This document shows, in pieces, positions 46,629 through 56,794 of a stretch of DNA of 64,000 nucleotides; positions within the stretch are counted from its first letter, which is position 1, and each line of letters opens with the position of its first letter. The translations under genes were made by a program, and so were the position numbers. Where the stretch lies: the NCBI GenBank assembly GCA_964486865.1, contig CAZAOZ010000004.1:38602-102601 (forward strand). Direction: 5' to 3'. The notes beneath the pieces are model-generated. The model was not told the DNA's origin and searched no databases. It saw only the letters and a list, made by a program, of their open reading frames with translations. The DNA is from an uncultured Bordetella sp. Its GTDB lineage: Bacteria > Pseudomonadota > Gammaproteobacteria > Burkholderiales > SG8-41.

Positions 46629-47021
46629 ATGGCTCAACGACCCGAGCAGGAAACAAAAATGGACGCGGCTGCACTGTATCGAGAAGACATCGTAACCGAC
46701 CGCAAGGTCGGCACCATCCGCCGCATGACCCCGATCAAGAGTGACGGCAGCGACGACGCCGCGCGCCCCACGCTGTATGTCGGCGAAGCACAGATCATGA
46801 CCAACGCCGGCCCGCTGCCGATCAATTTCGAGATCGAAGCCAAAAATATCGGCGAAGCCGTCGAACAATTCGGCACTTCCGCCAAGGAAGCCGTCGAGCG
46901 CACCGTGCGCGACCTGCAGGAACTGCGCCGCCAGCAGGCCTCGTCCATCGTCGTGCCCGGAGCGGGCGGCATGGGCGGCCTCGGCGGACCCGGCGGCCCC
47001 GGCAAGATCCAGATTCCATGA
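46629..47021 (+). CDS. hypothetical protein
   Basis: 130 aa with a Gly-rich C-terminus (PGAGGMGGLGGPGGPGKIQIP). The stop overlaps the NUDIX start (ATGA). The start could also be the MDAAAL methionine. Confidence 0.5.
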   Translation: MAQRPEQETKMDAAALYREDIVTDRKVGTIRRMTPIKSDGSDDAARPTLYVGEAQIMTNAGPLPINFEIEAKNIGEAVEQFGTSAKEAVERTVRDLQELRRQQASSIVVPGAGGMGGLGGPGGPGKIQIP

Positions 47022-47437
47022 TCAAACCCCCGCGATCCGCAGGCGTGGTCATCGTGAAACGCCGCGGCGGGGATTGGCGGCTGCTGGTGCTGCGTTCGTT
47101 CAACCTTTGGGATTTTCCCAAAGGCCTGGTCGAACCTGGCGAGGACGAGCTGGACGCCGCCAAACGCGAGGCCTCCGAGGAAACCGGCATCGAAGACCTC
47201 GACTTCAAGTTCGGCGAGTCGTACAAGGAAACCATACCCTACGCCAACGGCAAGATCGCGCGCTACTACCTCGCCGTCACCGAAACCGAACACATCACGC
47301 TGCCGATCTCGCACGAGCTCGGCCAGCCGGAGCACGACGAGTGGCGCTGGATCAGTTTCGAGGAAGCCGAAGACCTCCTGCCGCCGCGGCTCGCCGCGGT
47401 GCTCTACTGGGCGCGCGACATGCTGGAGCCGGGATGA
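47018..47437 (+). CDS. NUDIX hydrolase
   Basis: Nudix box GLVEPGEDELDAAKREASEETGI. Confidence 0.85.
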   Translation: MIKPPRSAGVVIVKRRGGDWRLLVLRSFNLWDFPKGLVEPGEDELDAAKREASEETGIEDLDFKFGESYKETIPYANGKIARYYLAVTETEHITLPISHELGQPEHDEWRWISFEEAEDLLPPRLAAVLYWARDMLEPG

Positions 47438-47454
47438 TCATCGATAGTTGTCGA

Positions 47455-47490
47455 TAAAAAATGCGCCGCGAACGGCGCATTTTTATTTTC
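47455..47490. terminator. bidirectional rho-independent terminator
   Basis: aaaaaATGCGCCGcgaaCGGCGCATttttatttt between convergent genes. Confidence 0.8.
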
Positions 47491-47509
47491 CGGCAAGCCC
47501 TGAAGCCGC

Positions 47510-49225
47510 TCAGCGCTTTTTCTTCGCCGGAATCACCGGCACCATCAGATACGACGGCGTCGCACCGCCTGTATACACCGAGTTCACCGCACCGGCGTTG
47601 TAATCGGCGTGATAGTGGGTGTACGGCGCGCTGCCCTGGCCGTCGCGGGGCTGGATATCGACGCGCAACTGGTGGCCTTTTTTGAACACCATGCTGGTCG
47701 GCCACACTTCGATCTTGCATTCGACGACTTCATTGCGCTTCAGCCACAGGCGCTCGTCGTGCGTGTGATAGGGCCGGTACGGCAGCGATTTTTTGGTATC
47801 CAGCTTGCGGTGCGAGGCGCGCAGCCAGCCCTTGGTCACGCAGGGTATCGGCTGGCCGTGCTGGCCGACTTCGCAGACATCCTTGCCGTTCGGATCAATG
47901 TTGCGGATGGTCACGAAAATATCCATGTCTTCCGACGTGCTCGACACCCACAGGTTCAACATCAGCGGCCCGGTGATCTCGGTGTCGGCCGCCATCGGCG
48001 GCGTCACGAAGGCAACGCCGGTGCGCCCGGCATTGCCGTAGGTGGTGGACAACGACGAGCCGCCGGCAACGCCCGCCGAGGTCATGCCGCTGGCGGAATA
48101 GGACAGCTTCGTGCGATTCTTCGGCGCTGATTTCGCGAGCAGTCCTTCGACGGCGTCGGGGCCGCCCGGCTTGGCGCGTTCCGGTTTCAGATACAGCTTC
48201 GTCCACTGCGTGCGCTTCAGCGGCCATTCATTCTCGGTGCGGAACGGATACGGCTTTTTGCTGCCGCCGGTGCGGATTTCCAGCTTGACCGGCGGCTCGT
48301 CCATGATGCCGGTGTCTATGCCCTTCAGCCAGTGGTCGAACCAGCGCAACTGGTCCATGCGCCCCTCTTCGGCATGGAAGGGATGAAAATGCGAACCGGT
48401 GTGGATGCGCAGCTTCTTGTGTTTGGATGCGGCGTTCACAAAACCTTCGGTGTTGCCGCGCAGGTGCATCGAAAAACCGCCCCAGTTGCCGACACTGTAC
48501 ACCGGCACCTTGATTTGCTCCCAGCGCGCGCTGGAGAGCCGCCAGAACTCGGAGTCGAGGTCGTTGCGCATGAACTGCCACATCATGTCGTTGTGGAAGG
48601 CATCGGGGTTGTAGCTGCGCGGCTTGCCGAGCAGGTGGTGCGCGGTGTGCGTCAGCCACCAGTTGCCGACGAAACCCAGCGCGAAAATGCCGCCGTGATA
48701 GGCCTGGTCGCGATACTGGTCGGCGCGGCCTTCCCACGGCATGATCGCCTTCAGCGACGGCGGCTGCAGGTTGGCGGCGCGCCATTGCGACGATGCATGG
48801 TATGAAATGCCCAGCATGCCGACGCTGCCCGAACACCAGTCGCGTTTGGCGATCCACTCGATGGCGTCGTAGGCATCGAGCCCTTCCTGATACGAACTGG
48901 GATCCGATTTTCCCGGCGACTTGCCGGAGCCGCGCACATCCACGCGCACGCAGGCGTAGCCGCGCGGACACCACCACTCGGGGTTGACGGTCTCCCAGTT
49001 CATGTACGGATTCGCCGCCTCTTCGAGGTCCGCCGGCGGACGCCACAGCTTGTCTTTCTGGTAAGGGCCGGTGTTGAGTATCACCGGCACGCGCTCGCGG
49101 AGATTCGGGCGGAACACGTCGGCATAGATGATGGTGCCGTCGCGCAGCGGTATCTGCACGTCTTTTTCGATGATCAATTTGCATTTGCGCGGCTGTGATA
49201 CGCGCGCATAACGTTTCTTGGCCAT
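47510..49225 (-). CDS. CocE/NonD family hydrolase (X-Pro dipeptidyl-peptidase S15 family)
   Basis: IPLRDGTIIYADVFRP, GPYQKD, GMLGISYH (nucleophile elbow GxSYx) and a C-terminal beta-sandwich part. Confidence 0.85.
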   Translation of the reverse strand: MAKKRYARVSQPRKCKLIIEKDVQIPLRDGTIIYADVFRPNLRERVPVILNTGPYQKDKLWRPPADLEEAANPYMNWETVNPEWWCPRGYACVRVDVRGSGKSPGKSDPSSYQEGLDAYDAIEWIAKRDWCSGSVGMLGISYHASSQWRAANLQPPSLKAIMPWEGRADQYRDQAYHGGIFALGFVGNWWLTHTAHHLLGKPRSYNPDAFHNDMMWQFMRNDLDSEFWRLSSARWEQIKVPVYSVGNWGGFSMHLRGNTEGFVNAASKHKKLRIHTGSHFHPFHAEEGRMDQLRWFDHWLKGIDTGIMDEPPVKLEIRTGGSKKPYPFRTENEWPLKRTQWTKLYLKPERAKPGGPDAVEGLLAKSAPKNRTKLSYSASGMTSAGVAGGSSLSTTYGNAGRTGVAFVTPPMAADTEITGPLMLNLWVSSTSEDMDIFVTIRNIDPNGKDVCEVGQHGQPIPCVTKGWLRASHRKLDTKKSLPYRPYHTHDERLWLKRNEVVECKIEVWPTSMVFKKGHQLRVDIQPRDGQGSAPYTHYHADYNAGAVNSVYTGGATPSYLMVPVIPAKKKR

Positions 49226-49400
49226 GCTCCCCTCCGGAATAGACAGATTTTAGTGTCCGCATCATAGCGCGGCATGGCGCGGGACGCGGCGGCGTGTCCA
49301 GAATATGAGTAAGGTCCATACAGAAGCACCGGCGGCTGCGGCGACGGGCGTCTCTGGTAAACTTCCCGCCTCACACTGCGGCACCCATCCGGAGAAAACC

Positions 49401-50039
49401 ATGATCTACGAAGTGCGCACCTACGACATCAAGCCCAAGTCGCAACCCGAAGTCGAGAAGCGCTTTGGCGAGGCCTACGAATACCGCAAAAAACTCTCGC
49501 CGCTGGCCGCGTTCTGGCATACCGAGATCGGCCCGCTGAACCAGATCATCCATGTCTGGCCGTACCAGGATCTCGCGGAACGCGACAGGATCCGCGCCGC
49601 CGCAGTGCAGGCCGGCAACTGGCCGCCGAAAATCGGCGAATTCATACTCAGCATGCGCTCCGAGATTTACATTCCGTTTGCGTGCTCCCCCGAAGTCAAG
49701 CCGGGCAAGATGGGACCGTATTTCGAAATGCGCACCTATACCGTCGCGCCCGGCGATCTGCCCAAGATACAAAAGGTCTGGGACCAGGCGATTCCGGCGC
49801 GCACAAAAATCAGCCCGCTGGTCGGCGTCTGGTATTCCGAGTTGGGCGGCCTGAACCGCTTCACGCACATCTGGGCCTACACCTCGCTCAACCACCGCAA
49901 CGAAGCGCGTGATCAGGCCCTCGCCACGGGCGTGTGGCCGCCGTCGATCGTCGCCAAAAAGCTCAACCTGCCCGATGGCACGCTGACCGCGCAGGAAAAC
50001 AAGATCGTCATGCCCTCGGCGTTTTCACCGCTGCAATAA
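49401..50039 (+). CDS. NIPSNAP family protein (two domains)
   Basis: MIYEVRTYDIKP... and a second FEMRTYTVAPGD repeat. GGAGA RBS before 49401. Confidence 0.8.
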   Translation: MIYEVRTYDIKPKSQPEVEKRFGEAYEYRKKLSPLAAFWHTEIGPLNQIIHVWPYQDLAERDRIRAAAVQAGNWPPKIGEFILSMRSEIYIPFACSPEVKPGKMGPYFEMRTYTVAPGDLPKIQKVWDQAIPARTKISPLVGVWYSELGGLNRFTHIWAYTSLNHRNEARDQALATGVWPPSIVAKKLNLPDGTLTAQENKIVMPSAFSPLQ

Positions 50040-50055
50040 CATCCGGAGCCGCGCC

Positions 50056-50502
50056 ATGCCCATCGGCAAACTCGATCACTTTTCCATCCGCACGCTCGAT
50101 GTCGAAGCCTCGCGCCGCTTCTACACGGAAGTCATGGGCTTCACCGTCGGCTTCCGCCCGCCGTTCAAATTCCCCGGCCTGTGGCTGTACAACGGGCCGC
50201 AGTATCCGGACACCACCGGCGTTGTCCACATCATCGGCATCGACCTGAATGATCCGCAGGGCCTGAAGGAATATCTCGGCGACCGCGACCTCGACACGCT
50301 GAACGGTACCGGCACCGTCGATCACCTGGCCTTCGCCGCCACCGGGCTCGCCGCAATGTGCGAGCGGCTGAAAAAACACCACGTGGCTTTCCGTGAGCGT
50401 ACCGTGCCGTCGCTCAATCTGCATCAGGTGTTTTTCGAGGACCCGAGCGGCGTGACCATTGAGCTGAACTATCCCGGCACCGAAGTCCAGCAAGCGGCGT
50501 AG
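50056..50502 (+). CDS. VOC family protein (glyoxalase/bleomycin resistance/dioxygenase fold)
   Basis: KLDHFSIRTLDVEASRRFYTEVMGF... and HLAF..., about 148 aa. Confidence 0.8.
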   Translation: MPIGKLDHFSIRTLDVEASRRFYTEVMGFTVGFRPPFKFPGLWLYNGPQYPDTTGVVHIIGIDLNDPQGLKEYLGDRDLDTLNGTGTVDHLAFAATGLAAMCERLKKHHVAFRERTVPSLNLHQVFFEDPSGVTIELNYPGTEVQQAA

Positions 50503-50539
50503 AAGGACTAACAACATGACCTCGCAATCGCGCGCGCCT

Positions 50540-50622
50540 TTTCCCTCACCCTCCCTCCCTCTCCCGGGGGGAGAGGGAGGGTAAGCCCTTCTCCCTCCGG
50601 GAGAAGGGTTGGGATGAGGGAG
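50540..50622. repeat. REP family 3 compound element
   Basis: ttccctcaccctccctccctctcccggggggagagggagggtaagcccttctccctccgggagaagggttgggatgagggagg. Confidence 0.8.
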
Positions 50623-50629
50623 GTTTTCC

Positions 50630-51844
50630 TTGTTACGCGCGCTGGTCATCGGCGGCTCCCTCGGCGGCCTGTTTGCCGCCAACCTGCTGCATCGCCAGGG
50701 CTGGGATGTGCAGGTGTTCGAGCAGGCCGGCGCAGCGCTGGCCGGCCGCGGCGCCGGCATCATCACCCATCCCGACCTGTTCGCGGCGCTCGCCCGCATC
50801 GGCATCCGCATTGACGGCAGTTTCGGCGTGGACATTGCGGGGCGCATCGCCTTCGACCGCAGCGGTGCGGCCGTCGGCACGCTGGACATCAAACAATGCC
50901 TGACGACCTGGGCCCGGCTCTACGCACTGCTGAAAGACGCGCTCCCCGCAGACCGCTACCACTTCGACCACGCCTGCACCGGCGTTACCCAGGATGCGCA
51001 CACCGTCACCGTAAGTTTCGCCAATGGCGCCGCGGCGCATGGCGATCTGCTGATCGCCGCCGACGGCATCCGCTCCGCGGTGCGCGCGCAGCTCGCCCCG
51101 GAAGACCGGCCCGTCTATGCCGGTTACGTCGCATGGCGCGGACTCGTCGATGAAAACGATCTGACGCCGGAAACCCATCGCGACCTCTTTCCGCTGTTCG
51201 GCTTCAGCCTGGCGCCGCGCGAACACATGCTCGGCTATCCGGTCGCCGGTTTCACCAATTCCACCCGCGCCGGCGAGCGCTGCTACAACTTCGTCTGGTA
51301 CCGGCCCGTGCATGCCCTGCGCGAACTGCCGCAGTTGTGCACCGACATCCACGACCGCCGGCATGACATGGCGATTCCGCCGCCGCTGATCCGCGCCGAG
51401 GTACTCGACGACATGCGCCGCGGCGCACAGGCCGCGCTGTCGCCGCAATTCGCCGAAGTGGTCGCCAAAACCCGGCAGCCGTTTTTCCAGGCCATTTTCG
51501 ATCTGGAATCGCAGGCCATGGCCCATGGCCGCATCGCGCTGCTGGGCGATGCAGCCTTTGTCGCGCGGCCGCATTGCGGCATGGGCGTGTCCAAGGCGGC
51601 GAGCGATGCGATGGCGCTGGTTGATGCGCTGCAGGCGGCGGACCATGATCCGGCAGAGGCGCTGCCGCGCTACTCCGCGGCGCGCGTGCGCTTCGGGCGC
51701 GCCGTGGTTGCGCATGCCCGCGAACTCGGTTCCTATCTGCAGGCCTGCGATGGTGACGACGAAGCCGCAAAAACCGCGCGCGCCGCGCACCATCACACGC
51801 CGCAAGCGGTGATGCGCGACATTGCCGTGACACGGGAATTTTAA
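50630..51844 (+). CDS. FAD-dependent monooxygenase (hydroxypyridine/salicylate-type class A)
   Basis: TTG start, ALVIGGSLGGLFAANLL dinucleotide motif, DLLIAADGIRS and GDAAF motifs. Confidence 0.8.
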   Translation: MLRALVIGGSLGGLFAANLLHRQGWDVQVFEQAGAALAGRGAGIITHPDLFAALARIGIRIDGSFGVDIAGRIAFDRSGAAVGTLDIKQCLTTWARLYALLKDALPADRYHFDHACTGVTQDAHTVTVSFANGAAAHGDLLIAADGIRSAVRAQLAPEDRPVYAGYVAWRGLVDENDLTPETHRDLFPLFGFSLAPREHMLGYPVAGFTNSTRAGERCYNFVWYRPVHALRELPQLCTDIHDRRHDMAIPPPLIRAEVLDDMRRGAQAALSPQFAEVVAKTRQPFFQAIFDLESQAMAHGRIALLGDAAFVARPHCGMGVSKAASDAMALVDALQAADHDPAEALPRYSAARVRFGRAVVAHARELGSYLQACDGDDEAAKTARAAHHHTPQAVMRDIAVTREF

Positions 51845-51868
51845 CGTCATGCGTTGTTTTTATTAGAA

Positions 51869-51941
51869 GCCATCTCAAAAACGCTCCCTCTCCCCGCATT
51901 TGCGGGGAGAGGGGTGGGGAGAGGGGATTTTTGAGATGGCT
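51869..51941. repeat. REP family 3 element with outer palindrome
   Basis: agccatctcaaaaa...ccctctccccgcatttgcggggagagggg...tttttgagatggct. Confidence 0.8.
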
Positions 51942-51974
51942 TTTACTATTTTATAGTCGTTTCCGGGAGGGTTC

Positions 51975-52895
51975 ATGAAAGTCGGATTCATCGGACTGGG
52001 CACCATGGGCGGCGCGATGGCGCTCAATCTGCGCAAGGCGGGCTTTGAACTCGTGGTGCATGACCTGCGGCCGGAAATGGCAAAACCCGTACTGGCCGCA
52101 GGCGCAGTCTGGGCTGACTCGGTGCTGGCGCTGGGCCGGATCGCCGATGTCGTGCTGACCTCGCTGCCGGGGCCGCGTGAAGCCGAAGCCGTCGGCGCGG
52201 ATCTGATGAAAAGCCTGAAGCGCGGCGGCGTGTGGTTCGATCTCACCACCAATTCGCCGACCGTGGTGCGCGCGCTCAACGCGCGCTGCGCGGAACATGG
52301 CATCGCCATGCTCGATGCGCCGGTATCCGGCGGCCCGCACGGCGCGAAAACGGGCAAGATGGCGTTGCTGGTCGGCGGCGACGAACAGGTATTCAACGCG
52401 CATCGCAAAGTGCTGGATGCCATCGGCGACCAGGTGATCTACATCGGCGCCATCGGCGCCGGCACCGTCGCCAAGCTGGTGCATAACTGCGCCGGCTATG
52501 CGATCCAGACCGCGCTCGCCGAAGTCTTCACCGTCGGCGTCAAGGCCGGCGTCGATCCGCTGGCGCTGTGGGCCGCGGTGCGCCAGTGCTCGCTGGGACG
52601 CCAGCGCACCTTCGACCGCCTCGGCCGCCAGTTCCTGCAGGGCAGCTTCGACCCGCCGGACTTTGCGCTGAAACTGGCACTGAAGGACGTCACGCTGGCC
52701 ACGGAACTGGGGCGGGAACTGGGCGTGCCGATGCGCGTCGCCAACCTCGCCCATGCCGACATGACCGAGGCGCTGAACCGCGGCTGGGCCGAGCGCGATT
52801 CGCGGGTGGCGATGCTGCTGCAGGAGGAACGCGCCGGAGTGGAGATCAAGGTGCCCGCCGCGGCGATTCAAGCCGTATTGCAAAGAGACGGTTAG
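51975..52895 (+). CDS. NAD(P)-dependent oxidoreductase, 3-hydroxyisobutyrate dehydrogenase family
   Basis: MKVGFIGLGTMGGAMALNL, DAPVSGG and GAGTVAKLVHN motifs. Confidence 0.87.
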   Translation: MKVGFIGLGTMGGAMALNLRKAGFELVVHDLRPEMAKPVLAAGAVWADSVLALGRIADVVLTSLPGPREAEAVGADLMKSLKRGGVWFDLTTNSPTVVRALNARCAEHGIAMLDAPVSGGPHGAKTGKMALLVGGDEQVFNAHRKVLDAIGDQVIYIGAIGAGTVAKLVHNCAGYAIQTALAEVFTVGVKAGVDPLALWAAVRQCSLGRQRTFDRLGRQFLQGSFDPPDFALKLALKDVTLATELGRELGVPMRVANLAHADMTEALNRGWAERDSRVAMLLQEERAGVEIKVPAAAIQAVLQRDG

Positions 52896-52951
52896 AATCA
52901 ATCTTGCGGATCGCGGTTCACAGCCCAACAGTACTGCCGGAGAACGCACCC

Positions 52952-53788
52952 ATGCGCTCATACACTCTCTTGTTCGCCTCATTACTCGCCGCGGCAGCCA
53001 TCACCGCGTGCGCACCTGCAACCGTGTCGCAAAGCAATATCGGCGCAGAACTCGATCGCGCCATCGCCGGCACGCATCGCCCCGAAGCCAACCGGCTGCG
53101 CGACCAATACCGCCATCCGCGCGAAACACTGCTGTTCTTCGGGCTGCGGCCGGAAATGACCGTCGTCGAAATCTGGCCCGGCGGCGGCTGGTATTCGGAA
53201 ATCCTCGGCCCGGTGCTGCGCGAACGCGGTCGCTACTATCTCGCGCAACATGATGTCGCGAATCCCAAGGCGCCGGACTGGCAGCGCAGGGCCCGCGCGA
53301 ATCAGGAAAAAACCGTCGCCGAACAGCCCGCGGTGTACGGCAAGCCGGTGTTTACCTCATTCGGCCCGCCGGACCAGTTGGGCATTGCGCCGGCGGGCAG
53401 CGCCGATCTGGTGCTGACGTTCCGCAACGTGCATAACTGGAGCAATCAGAAATCCGATCACGCGGCATTCAGGGCATTTTTCGATGCACTGAAACCCGGC
53501 GGCGTCCTCGGCGTCGTCGAGCATCGCGCCCGGCCCGGCACCCCGTTCGAGCGCATGGTCAAGACCGGCTACATGACTGAAGCCTATGTCATCGACCTCG
53601 CTGAAAAAGCCGGCTTCAAACTCGAGGCAAAAGCGGAAATCAACGCCAACCCGCTGGACACCACCGACCATCCCAACGGCGTGTGGACGCTGCCGCCGAT
53701 CCGGCGCGGCAATCTGGATCCCGAAAAATACAATGCGATCGGCGAAAGCGACCGCATGACGCTGAAGTTCCGCAAACCGGCAAAGTAA
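52952..53788 (+). CDS. exported class I SAM-dependent methyltransferase-like protein
   Basis: Lipoprotein-like signal (LLAAAAITAC). VVEIWPGGGWYSEIL and GVLGVVEH resemble the COG4798 predicted methyltransferases. Internal ATG of the 406-aa track ORF used. Confidence 0.6.
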   Translation: MRSYTLLFASLLAAAAITACAPATVSQSNIGAELDRAIAGTHRPEANRLRDQYRHPRETLLFFGLRPEMTVVEIWPGGGWYSEILGPVLRERGRYYLAQHDVANPKAPDWQRRARANQEKTVAEQPAVYGKPVFTSFGPPDQLGIAPAGSADLVLTFRNVHNWSNQKSDHAAFRAFFDALKPGGVLGVVEHRARPGTPFERMVKTGYMTEAYVIDLAEKAGFKLEAKAEINANPLDTTDHPNGVWTLPPIRRGNLDPEKYNAIGESDRMTLKFRKPAK

Positions 53789-53803
53789 GAGCCGGCTCTG
53801 ATC

Positions 53804-54187
53804 ATGCCCGCCACCCCGCTCTACGCCGCGCTCCTCGGACTGCTGTTTGTCGCGCTGAGCATCCGCACCATCGGCTTGCGGCGCCGCTACCGTGTCGCCA
53901 TCGGCAGCGGCAGGAAAACGCTGCTGCAGCGGGCCATGCGCGTCAACGCCAACTTCGCGGAATACGTGCCGCTGGCGCTGCTGCTGATTTATTTCGTGGA
54001 ACTGCATGACGGCCCGCGGCTGCACATCCACCTGCTGGGCCTCGCACTGATCTCCGGCCGCCTGCTGCATGCCTGGGGCGTCAGCCAGGAGCAGGAAAAT
54101 TTCCGCTACCGCACCGCCGGCATGGCGCTGACCTTCGGCGTCATGCTCATCGCGTGCTTCCTGCTCCTGCTCCACCAGTTGGAGTGA
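53804..54187 (+). CDS. MAPEG family protein
   Basis: 127 aa with three or four TM helices, RAMRVNANFAEYVPLALLLI and RLLHAWG motifs. Confidence 0.72.
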   Translation: MPATPLYAALLGLLFVALSIRTIGLRRRYRVAIGSGRKTLLQRAMRVNANFAEYVPLALLLIYFVELHDGPRLHIHLLGLALISGRLLHAWGVSQEQENFRYRTAGMALTFGVMLIACFLLLLHQLE

Positions 54188-54196
54188 ACGGAGCTC

Positions 54197-54457
54197 TCAG
54201 CGCCGCTTGAATTCCCGCGGATTGAGCCGGTCGATGTCGGCCTGCACCTGTTCACGGCTGCGCTCATAGACGATTTCGCGGCCCATCGCCGATCCGGCAT
54301 ACGCCAGCCCGTTGCGGGTCGGCGTCAGTTCGCACTTCACGCTGTGCACGCCGGCGCCCAGCACCACCTGGATCGACGACGCGCGCTTGTCGAAAACGAC
54401 GACGTCCATCAGCTGCCCGGTTTCGGTGACGCGTACCTTGATCGTTTCGTTAATCAC
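54197..54457 (-). CDS. hypothetical small protein
   Basis: 86-aa ORF with flank-like codon bias. No family recognised. Confidence 0.4.
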   Translation of the reverse strand: MINETIKVRVTETGQLMDVVVFDKRASSIQVVLGAGVHSVKCELTPTRNGLAYAGSAMGREIVYERSREQVQADIDRLNPREFKRR

Positions 54458-54493
54458 CCGCCTCTCCTCACAACATGAACGGCGGTCGCGCCG

Positions 54494-55543
54494 TCATTTC
54501 GCGGGCAGTCTTATGCTCACCAGATCGGTCGCAACAACGGTGCGGCCCTTGTAGCCGCCCGCCTCGGCTGCCTTGCGATAGTCCGCCTCCGACAGCGCAC
54601 CACCCAAAATCTTGTAGAACCCCTGACTGGCCGCACCCACCGGTGGAATCAGGTGGGTCAGCATCAGGTGCCCCGCACCCGCGCGCTGCGCCATCGCGCC
54701 GAGGTCGGTTGCGGTGCTCTGGCGGTAATAAAACGGCGCCGGCATGCCGCTGCCGCGGTCCGGCGCCATCACCGGGTGTATGGTGGAATGCACCACGATA
54801 TCGGCGCCGCTGGCAAGCCGTTCCACCTGCTCCGACGTCGATGACTTGCGGGGCGGTGCCGGCGTATCGTTCCCGGCGTCGCCGCCGATTACCACGCTGC
54901 CGGCTGGCGTATCGACGCGGTAGGAAGCATGGCCCGGAACGTGGTTGGAGCGAATCGCGCTCACCCGCACATCGCCCGCAGACCACACGAGCTGCGGATC
55001 ATTTGCCGGCTCGAAGGTCAACACCCGCGTCATCTCGGCCGGACCGCCGGGGGCGCGGGTCTTGTCCTCGCTCAGGCGCTGGGCGATCTCGCCCGAACGC
55101 AGATAAGCGTCAGCCACATGCTGTGCAAGTTGTGTACAGCTCATGACATGGCCCTGCGGCGCGGTCGCATCGGCGCCGCACACCACATCAAGCTTCGGCC
55201 CCTTGGAGTTGTAATGCCAGCGCAGCTGCATGATGTCGGCAAAGCCATCGACATGATCCGAGTGCATGTGCGTGAAAAAGATCGCGCTAAGCTGTCCCGG
55301 TGCAAAACCCAGCTGCGACCAGCGCATGCTGGTACCGCGGCCGGCGTCAAACTGCAGCCGCACCGCGCTGCAGTCGTTGCTGTCGTCGCCGTAACGCACC
55401 AGGGTTCCCGGGCCCGCATTGCCGCCAAAGTTGGGCGGACCGCCGCCGGCGCCGGTAATGGTCACGATCAGGCAGGGCGCGGCCTGCGCCGCAGCGATCC
55501 CGGCAAGCAGCACGACCAACACGATCATGGATCTCCAGCGCAT
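54494..55543 (-). CDS. exported MBL-fold metallo-hydrolase
   Basis: Signal peptide and the THMHSDH(VDG) HxHxDH motif. Confidence 0.8.
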   Translation of the reverse strand: MRWRSMIVLVVLLAGIAAAQAAPCLIVTITGAGGGPPNFGGNAGPGTLVRYGDDSNDCSAVRLQFDAGRGTSMRWSQLGFAPGQLSAIFFTHMHSDHVDGFADIMQLRWHYNSKGPKLDVVCGADATAPQGHVMSCTQLAQHVADAYLRSGEIAQRLSEDKTRAPGGPAEMTRVLTFEPANDPQLVWSAGDVRVSAIRSNHVPGHASYRVDTPAGSVVIGGDAGNDTPAPPRKSSTSEQVERLASGADIVVHSTIHPVMAPDRGSGMPAPFYYRQSTATDLGAMAQRAGAGHLMLTHLIPPVGAASQGFYKILGGALSEADYRKAAEAGGYKGRTVVATDLVSIRLPAK

Positions 55544-55660
55544 GCGGACTGCTCCCTGGCCGGCTGCCGCGGCCGTCGGTTGGGGCGGGCGCCCCGGTGA
55601 ATCGCCTCAGCGCACGGTCTTGCGTGCGATGACTACGTTGCTGAGCGCGAGCACCATGAC

Positions 55661-56725
55661 TTAGCGGCTCTGCGCGGGCACAGGCGGCAAGTCGCTGAAA
55701 TATTCCGGATTGGTTTTTTGCACATCGGCGATGAACGAGGCCGAGAACTGCGTCGGCACGTCCAGCCGCTGTCCGCCCTTGACGGTGTTTCTCAGCAGAT
55801 CATCTTCAGCGGTTTCGAAAGCCTGTATGACCGGGCCGGAAATGCGCGGATCGTAGCTGATGTGCTGGACCGCCTTCTTGCCGACGGCGAGCTCCAGTCC
55901 CGGTACCCACTTGGCAAATATCTCCACGGCTTCGTCGCGGTTCTTGCGGGTGTATTGCGATGCGGCAGCGAGGCCGGCCACGAAATTTCGAACCAGTTCC
56001 GGGCTACCCTCGATCGTCGGTATGTGCGCGGTAACGATCATGACGTACGAAAGGTGGCCACCACCCCGAACCACCACGTATGAATCGGGCACCTGGTCGA
56101 GGACCATGGTATTGAACGGCTCCCAGCACACGACCGCATCAGCCTTACCCTCCTTCAACAGCGACACGAGTTGCGTCTGGCTTCCACTGCCGATGTCCAC
56201 GATCTGCACGTCTTCGTACTTCATGTTGCGCCGGGCGAGGATCATCTTCAGGTATTCGTCAGAGGTCTGGCCGCGGGACAGGCCGATGCGTTTGCCTTTC
56301 AGCGCGTCGATGGCCCCGGGCTTGATGCCCGATGCCTTGCTCGCCACCATCGCCAGCGGCTCGTCCGCATTGGCGCGCGTAGCGTCGCTCATGATGATGC
56401 CTACCACCCGAAACGGGTCGCCATCGTGGCGCGCCTTCAGGAATGTGGTCACGCTCATGTCGCCGAACTGGACCTCGCGCTTCTTCATGTAGCCGACCAT
56501 CTGCGAGCCAATGTTGACCACCTTCAGCTTGACGTCGACGCCATGCTTCTTGAACAGGCCTTTTTCCACTCCGACGAACATGGGCAAATGGCCGAAATTG
56601 TTGCCGACCACCACATCAACCGATGGCATGCCTTGCGCTGCGGCGGCTGTGGCAAATAATACGGCCGCTGCGAGCGCGGTGCCCGCCAGTGCAGCAGCAA
56701 GCGTTCTGATCGGATGGGCATTCAT
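55661..56725 (-). CDS. ABC transporter substrate-binding protein (NMT1/SsuA-like)
   Basis: Signal peptide and a type 2 periplasmic binding fold pattern (GHLPMFVGVEKGLFKKHGVDVKL...). Confidence 0.78.
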   Translation of the reverse strand: MNAHPIRTLAAALAGTALAAAVLFATAAAAQGMPSVDVVVGNNFGHLPMFVGVEKGLFKKHGVDVKLKVVNIGSQMVGYMKKREVQFGDMSVTTFLKARHDGDPFRVVGIIMSDATRANADEPLAMVASKASGIKPGAIDALKGKRIGLSRGQTSDEYLKMILARRNMKYEDVQIVDIGSGSQTQLVSLLKEGKADAVVCWEPFNTMVLDQVPDSYVVVRGGGHLSYVMIVTAHIPTIEGSPELVRNFVAGLAAASQYTRKNRDEAVEIFAKWVPGLELAVGKKAVQHISYDPRISGPVIQAFETAEDDLLRNTVKGGQRLDVPTQFSASFIADVQKTNPEYFSDLPPVPAQSR

Positions 56726-56794
56726 GATTTCTCCTCCTTTGACGTTCTGGCAGTAAAAACCAAGGTTCCATTCATTTCTGCGTGACCGTAGCCC

